Source of the DNA: a virus
Lineage: Duplodnaviria; Caudoviricetes
Direction: 5' to 3' (one strand)
IMG/VR virus record: IMGVR_UViG_3300037692_000196
Coordinates: 1 to 40,623 of that record
DNA: 40,623 nucleotides
The translations under genes and the position numbers were made by a program. Below are positions 35,995 to 40,623 of the stretch, piece after piece. Below the pieces are notes generated by a model. That model was given only the letters and a program-made list of their open reading frames with translations. It had not been told where the DNA came from and did not search any database. Each line of letters starts with the position of its first letter. Position 1 is the first letter of the stretch.

Positions 35995-36800
35995 TGCTGA
36001 AACGCCTTTTCCTTGCGCTTGCTCTCGTTGCGCTTTCGGTTACGGCGTCGGCGCAATCGTACTATTCCGTCACGGGCCTTGTTGGGTTTGGGGCCGGGGG
36101 GGAAACCTACGCGCCCGGCGCCGTCACCTTCGACGGCATCAACGACTACATGCGGCGCGGGGCCGATCTGACCGGCAACACCGACGGCAAGACCGGGACT
36201 GTTTCGTATTGGGTTAAGTTCAACGGCGACGGGGCCGAGATAAACGTTTACTCCAACACCGGAGGTCGTCACCGTTTCTATCGTACCGCCGGGAACAAGA
36301 TATTGTTCCGGGGGCAAACTGTTGCGGGAGCCAATATCCTCGTTTTGACCAGCACCACGAGCATCGTTGCCGCTTCGGGCTGGACACATGTTCTGGCTTC
36401 CTGGAACCTCGCTACGCCGGAAGCCTACCTGTATATCAATGGGACGGACGATGAAGCAGCAGGCTCGACGGAAACCAACGCCACGATAGAACGCACGGTC
36501 GCGAATCATTCGGTTGGCGATGATGTGGGAGGTAGTGGTCTCCTGAACGCCGACATCGCGGACCTGTGGATATCGTGGGAGTACGTGGATATCACACAAG
36601 CGGCCAATCGCGCCAAGTTCATCAGCGCATCTGGAAAACCCGTCGATCTCGGAGCAGATGGCTCAGTCCCAACAGGAACAGCCCCGATCATGTACTTCCG
36701 CCACGTGACAGGGGCGGCGGCCACGGACTTCGCGACCAACCTAGGAGGCGGTGGGAACTTCTCAATCACGGGTGCGCTCGTCGAGGCTACGGGCCCGTAG
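35994..36800 (+). CDS. LamG/ConA-like putative receptor-binding protein with Sec signal peptide
   Basis: MLKRLFLALALVALSVTASA|Q; FDGINDY, TVSYWVK, WTHVLASW, LYING; TGATG overlap. Confidence 0.8.
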   Translation: MLKRLFLALALVALSVTASAQSYYSVTGLVGFGAGGETYAPGAVTFDGINDYMRRGADLTGNTDGKTGTVSYWVKFNGDGAEINVYSNTGGRHRFYRTAGNKILFRGQTVAGANILVLTSTTSIVAASGWTHVLASWNLATPEAYLYINGTDDEAAGSTETNATIERTVANHSVGDDVGGSGLLNADIADLWISWEYVDITQAANRAKFISASGKPVDLGADGSVPTGTAPIMYFRHVTGAAATDFATNLGGGGNFSITGALVEATGP

Positions 36801-36810
36801 GGAGAACAGC

Positions 36811-37266
36811 ATGTATTACTATATCAAGGTCGCGGCCAACGGCACGCCGCTGGATCATGTTTCACGTGAAACACCCTTCGAGGGCTACGAGACGGCGGAA
36901 AGCGCCGGTGGAACGCAGCCCTACTATGTCGAGGCCACGTTGGACAAGCCGCCGCTGGGCACCGGCGAGAAATGGGAAGGGCCCACGTATTCACTCGATC
37001 CGCCGACGATTTCCTATTCGATTGTGGCGATTCCGAATCCGACCGTTATCCCGGCCCTCGATTTCTTCGAGCGGTTCCAGAAAACCGAGCGCAAGGCCAT
37101 CCGCCAGGCCGCCAAGACCAACGACGACCTGGAGGACTGGATCGACCTGTTGCGCGTCGCCGGGTCTGTAGACCTGACATCGCCGCGCGTGATCGCGGGC
37201 GTCGAGGCGCTGGTCACGGCCGGGTTGATCTCGGAAGCCCGGAAAACCACGATTTTAACGCCGTAA
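36811..37266 (+). CDS. Tail-fibre-associated protein
   Basis: FFERFQKTERKAI...VDLTSPRVIAGVEALVTAGLISEARKTTIL; GGAG RBS. Confidence 0.7.
   Translation: MYYYIKVAANGTPLDHVSRETPFEGYETAESAGGTQPYYVEATLDKPPLGTGEKWEGPTYSLDPPTISYSIVAIPNPTVIPALDFFERFQKTERKAIRQAAKTNDDLEDWIDLLRVAGSVDLTSPRVIAGVEALVTAGLISEARKTTILTP
36858..36873. promoter_or_regulatory. parS: Perfect parS consensus TGTTTCACGTGAAACA
   Basis: 16/16 match to the widespread bacterial parS consensus. Confidence 0.8.
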
Positions 37267-37280
37267 AGGGGGGAAAGCCG

Positions 37281-37622
37281 ATGGCCGCCTATGAAGGACC
37301 GGAGCGCCGCAGCGGGCCGTACCGTCTCGATGAGGCCCAAATGGAGGCCATTGCCCACAGCGCGGGAACACGCGCCGCGAGCGAGGTCATGTCGCGCCAT
37401 TGGCAGATCATCGGATACGATATCAACAGCCCTTCCGACGTGCAGCGTCTCCAGGGCGATTTCACCTACATTCGCGGGTCGCACAAGAGATTTTCCGCCG
37501 TCACGTCCTGGGTCGGCCGCGCCGTGGTGCTTGCCATCACCGGCGCCATCATTGCCATCTTCGCGCTCGGTTGGAAGGTAGTCACGGGCCACCCGCCGTC
37601 GCCAGGAGGGCCGTTCCAATGA
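37281..37622 (+). CDS. Membrane protein at the start of the lysis cassette
   Basis: MAAYEGPERR...; one C-terminal TM helix. Confidence 0.7.
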   Translation: MAAYEGPERRSGPYRLDEAQMEAIAHSAGTRAASEVMSRHWQIIGYDINSPSDVQRLQGDFTYIRGSHKRFSAVTSWVGRAVVLAITGAIIAIFALGWKVVTGHPPSPGGPFQ

Positions 37623-37939
37623 TTCGCGCAATCGCCCTCGTTGCCGCGCTTGCCGCCTGCACGCCACTCGTAACAGCTCAAACGCCGGAGCTTACCGTGA
37701 GAACGCCGGAACTGATCGGCTGCGCCCCGGTCGATACGATTTTGGCGGGCCTGGAAGCCCAATACGGTGAGCGTCCGGTGTCCGCCGGGCTGAACGGAAA
37801 CGGGCTGCTGCTGGTCATCACGGTGAGCGACGACAGCCAGACGTGGACGATCCTCCTACAGGCCCCGGATGACACGGCTTGCCTGATCGCTGCGGGGGAG
37901 GGATGGCGGCCGATTGAAGTGAAGGGACCGGAGTTGTGA
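37619..37939 (+). CDS. Exported protein / predicted lipoprotein
   Basis: MIRAIALVAALAA|C lipobox; CAP...YGE...TWTILL...CLIAAGEGW. Confidence 0.7.
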   Translation: MIRAIALVAALAACTPLVTAQTPELTVRTPELIGCAPVDTILAGLEAQYGERPVSAGLNGNGLLLVITVSDDSQTWTILLQAPDDTACLIAAGEGWRPIEVKGPEL

Positions 37940-38313
37940 CCTATCGCTATTTCGCCGAGTCCGAGTTTGTGCGATGCGATCCTCCGTGTACCGCGGAGGA
38001 CATGGACATCGACTTCATGGCGCGCTTGGAACGCCTGCGGTTGGCGTTCGGTTTGCCGATGGCGTTGACCAGCGCCTACAGGACCGTCGAACACGAGCGC
38101 AGGGCGGGCCGCTCAGGTTACGGTGCGCACACCTTGGGGCAAGCCGTGGACTTTTCAATCCGTGCCGCGCTGCCGTGGGAAGTCCTCAGGCTTATCGGTC
38201 TTGCCCGCAATCACGGGTTCACGGGCATCGGCCTCTACGCCACGTGGATACATCTCGACGACGCGCCGGCCGGAGATGGGAGAGTGCGACCGACTTTTTG
38301 GTGGTCGAAATGA
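37936..38313 (+). CDS. Endolysin, peptidase M15 family
   Basis: TSAYR, HTLGQAVD, FTGIGLY, WIHLD zinc-peptidase motifs. Confidence 0.88.
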   Translation: MTYRYFAESEFVRCDPPCTAEDMDIDFMARLERLRLAFGLPMALTSAYRTVEHERRAGRSGYGAHTLGQAVDFSIRAALPWEVLRLIGLARNHGFTGIGLYATWIHLDDAPAGDGRVRPTFWWSK

Positions 38314-38723
38314 ACAACGTCGTTTCCTTCGAACGCGAAAAGCGACTGTGGTTCTGTCACTGCGGATGCTGCACGCACTACGTTCACCAGGACGGCACGC
38401 TGGAATGCGCCGCGTGCGAATCGACAGCCACTATGGGCGGTTATGCGTTTTGCATCGACCCCCCGAAGGGGCCGGATATCGAGGTTCCGGAAACCGGGAC
38501 CAAGGTATTTTGTGACTTCAATAGCCGCGAGTTTTCGCTGCGTCGTCTTGGGAAGCGATTGCTTGAGCCGGGACTGTATCTGGCAGCCGTTCTTTGGGAT
38601 AGCGGCAGAGTGACTTCGGTCGGGAAGAATCCTGAAACGCCGGCTGATCGCAAGTGGGTCAGAAAGCAGCTATCGATCCTGGCCGAACAGATTGGAGCGA
38701 AGGAGCCTAAATCATGCGAGTGA
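38310..38723 (+). CDS. Cys-rich zinc-ribbon hypothetical protein
   Basis: MNNVVSF...WFCHCGC...LECAACE; ATGA overlap. Confidence 0.65.
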   Translation: MNNVVSFEREKRLWFCHCGCCTHYVHQDGTLECAACESTATMGGYAFCIDPPKGPDIEVPETGTKVFCDFNSREFSLRRLGKRLLEPGLYLAAVLWDSGRVTSVGKNPETPADRKWVRKQLSILAEQIGAKEPKSCE

Positions 38724-38890
38724 CGGGTAACGCAATGGCGGGCGGTGGCGTCGGTGCCGTGCTCGCCTGGGGCTGGAACGGGCTGTTCCCGGATTACCAG
38801 ATGCCTGCCGAGGTAGCCGCCGCGCTGGCCCCGCTGGTGGGCGCCGTGGTGGCATGGGCGGTGTCGTGGGTGCCAAAGTCCTCGTCCTGA
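38714..38890 (+). CDS. Putative holin (58 aa, two hydrophobic segments)
   Basis: MRVTGNAMAGGGVGAVLAWGW...MPAEVAAALAPLVGAVVAWAVSW; AAGGAG RBS. Confidence 0.6.
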   Translation: MRVTGNAMAGGGVGAVLAWGWNGLFPDYQMPAEVAAALAPLVGAVVAWAVSWVPKSSS

Positions 38891-39000
38891 TCGCGCTGCT
38901 TCTCGGGGCCTGCGCTTTCGTCTATGCGCCCAACGCGACGATCACGGTGGACGACGCCGATACCATCACTATCCGCGACAACGAGGCGCTGACAAAATGA
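38854..39000 (+). CDS. Small lipoprotein (o-spanin-like candidate)
   Basis: MGGVVGAKVLVLIALLLGA|CAFVYAP...; lipobox LGAC; last late gene. Confidence 0.5.
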   Translation: MGGVVGAKVLVLIALLLGACAFVYAPNATITVDDADTITIRDNEALTK

Positions 39001-39081
39001 GGGTGACGGATTTCCGCTACACCGTTTCCGTTTGCCCCCGGAAGCGGGGGTCTCTGCACCCCGCGACCTCGGCGGCGACGG

Positions 39082-39441
39082 TCAAACAGTCTTCCAGTCG
39101 GGAAAGGGGATTTCCTGGTCTCGGCTCCACCACCGCTCGCGCAATCCCCTGAACCCCGGAATTGCCTCGTCAATGGTTACGGCGACGGCGCCGCCGCCCC
39201 GGCAGATGATCCAGCCGCCGCTCTTGTGGGAATTGTCGACGAGCCGCGTGACCGGCGCGTAGCCGCGCAGGCGGCCGTGCGCGACCACGTAGAAACGATC
39301 GCCGGGGCGGATCAAGCGCGCCCGCGAATGGCCCGTGTACCATCCCCATTCCTCGCCGGTCTCGGGTTCGCCAACGGCATCGCCCTCGGCAACCCACTCG
39401 CGCCAGAAATCCTTCGGGCAGGTGCCCACCAAATCGGCCAT
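39082..39441 (-). CDS. Hypothetical protein, possibly ASCH/EVE (PUA)-like
   Basis: IRPGDRFYVVAHGRLRGYAPV...IPGFRGLR; GAGGAG RBS. Confidence 0.6.
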   Translation of the reverse strand: MADLVGTCPKDFWREWVAEGDAVGEPETGEEWGWYTGHSRARLIRPGDRFYVVAHGRLRGYAPVTRLVDNSHKSGGWIICRGGGAVAVTIDEAIPGFRGLRERWWSRDQEIPFPDWKTV

Positions 39442-39452
39442 CGTCCTACTCC

Positions 39453-39803
39453 TCAGTCCATCACGCGCCGCATTCCCTCGGGAGTGTGCTCGGCGCGCCA
39501 CCTGACCTGGTACTTCCCTGCGGGCAGATTCACCGGCGCGTGCGTGTCGAAGGAACGCAGATGCTTGACCTCGGCATTCTCCTCGAGGATCAGCCGCCCG
39601 AGAAAGGCGTTGGTTTCGTTGATGAGATGCTGTGCGTTCGGGCTGCGCTCCATCTCGATGACGTGGTGGTGGCCGCTTTCGCTATGGCCGACGATCAGAT
39701 GAGGCCCTTCCGGCGCGACGACCCGGTAAGTTCCGTCGTCGTCAAACTCATCAACACGGATGAACAAGCACTCTCCTTGACGAAATATGTCCAAGATTTT
39801 CAT
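39453..39803 (-). CDS. His-rich partner protein of DUF6745
   Basis: RQGE...GHSESGHHH...H...THAPVNLPAGKYQVRWRAEH. Confidence 0.75.
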   Translation of the reverse strand: MKILDIFRQGECLFIRVDEFDDDGTYRVVAPEGPHLIVGHSESGHHHVIEMERSPNAQHLINETNAFLGRLILEENAEVKHLRSFDTHAPVNLPAGKYQVRWRAEHTPEGMRRVMD

Positions 39804-39817
39804 AGTTGGGTTTCCTT

Positions 39818-40623
39818 TCAAGATTGGCTTGACGGTTTGTAGAGTTCGGGCGGCAGTTGCCACCCCCAAGCGTTAGCTTCGAGTGCCGTATTTACTGTCA
39901 GCGGCACGGGCTCGCAAAACCACCGCCCGGTCGGGCAGTACATGCGCAGGAAGCGTGCGCGTCCTCCGACTGCCGAATGATCGACCTCCCACAATTCGCC
40001 GATTGTAGGCTCGGGGTCGCGCTCGATCAATCGCCCCTGCATTGCGGACAGTAGATTGTCCCATCCGACGATCTCGCACGCGGCGCGTCGCTGTTCGACG
40101 TTTTCCCACGTCAATGCGATTTCCGGCGTCACGGTCTTGTCCCGTATCCACTCTTCGGGAATTCTTACGCCGTGCCAGTGATAGAGTTCCCACCCGTCGC
40201 GCCAACGGTGCGACGGGCCGTCCTCGCAATGCGGCCGATTCCGGTCATCGATTTTCAGGATTTCGGGGAAGTCCGAGACGATGCAGAATTCACGGTGCAT
40301 CGCGCGGAAACTGCCGTGAATGGCGCAATCCTCCCAGGGCCGGAATGCCGCGAATTCGGGTAGTTTCAGGCCGATCACATCACGCATCGCTTCAATGTAG
40401 GAGCACCATCCCGCCCACATGTTGCCGCCCTGGTAAGATTTCTGCCAATTGGCCTCGGTGGCGTCGTAGGCGGCGCGGGTGGCGTCGTCGGTGGCGGCGC
40501 GGGTGGCGTCGTCGGTGGCGACGGTGGCGTCGTAGGTGGCGGCGCGGGTGGCGTCGTAGGTGGCGGCGTCGGTGGCGGCGTAGGTGGCGGCGTAGGTGGC
40601 GGCGTCGGTGGCGGCGTAGGTGG
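39818..40623 (-). CDS. C-terminal part of DUF6745-like protein
   Basis: Open to the window end; HCEDGPSHRWRDGWELYHWHGVRIP, NVEQRRAACEIVGW, CPTGRWF. Confidence 0.85.
   Translation of the reverse strand, partial: TYAATDAATYAATYAATDAATYDATRAATYDATVATDDATRAATDDATRAAYDATEANWQKSYQGGNMWAGWCSYIEAMRDVIGLKLPEFAAFRPWEDCAIHGSFRAMHREFCIVSDFPEILKIDDRNRPHCEDGPSHRWRDGWELYHWHGVRIPEEWIRDKTVTPEIALTWENVEQRRAACEIVGWDNLLSAMQGRLIERDPEPTIGELWEVDHSAVGGRARFLRMYCPTGRWFCEPVPLTVNTALEANAWGWQLPPELYKPSSQS
40452..40623. repeat. Imperfect 12-bp tandem repeat (AATY/DATR)
   Basis: Seen directly; same unit as bases 1-60. Confidence 0.9.

Noticed and set aside
34855-36800. Diversity-generating retroelement acting on fibre genes
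   Set aside because: No reverse transcriptase and no template/variable repeat pair noticed.
39034-39050. Terminator between convergent late and early operons
   Set aside because: A CCCCCG/CGGGGG hairpin exists but has no convincing U-tract on either strand.

Overview
The window appears to be an almost complete, circularly permuted ~40.6 kb GC-rich tailed phage genome with a podovirus-type layout (terminase, portal, scaffold, capsid, adaptor, nozzle, ejection proteins, no tape measure). The host is probably an alphaproteobacterium (inference). Both ends lie in the same Ala/Thr tandem repeat of one minus-strand DUF6745-like gene, so the assembly probably broke there. Layout: (i) leftward early arm (8.5 kb to 1, continuing 40.6 to 39.1 kb) with ERF, YqaJ exonuclease, Gam/Gp157-like, SSB-like, NinB-like and many small genes; (ii) a divergent promoter region with one Cro-like HTH and no recognisable CI or integrase; (iii) rightward C5 methyltransferase with a nested alternative-frame ORF, a tRNA-like RNA, VRR-NUC, a truncated tRNA and a replication initiator with iterons; (iv) a small leftward cassette; (v) the late packaging, structural and lysis operon. 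Most striking: four putative virion-surface proteins carry Sec-type signal peptides (post-capsid decoration-like protein, a second small head-region protein, the tail fibre and a LamG-like protein). An O-antigen-ligase/O-oligosaccharyltransferase-like membrane protein is translationally coupled between two of them, and a sialyltransferase-like gene sits in the head module. This suggests periplasmic glycosylation of virion parts followed by late assembly. Two parS palindromes are also present, with no phage parA/parB. All family assignments come from motif recognition by eye, not database searches.
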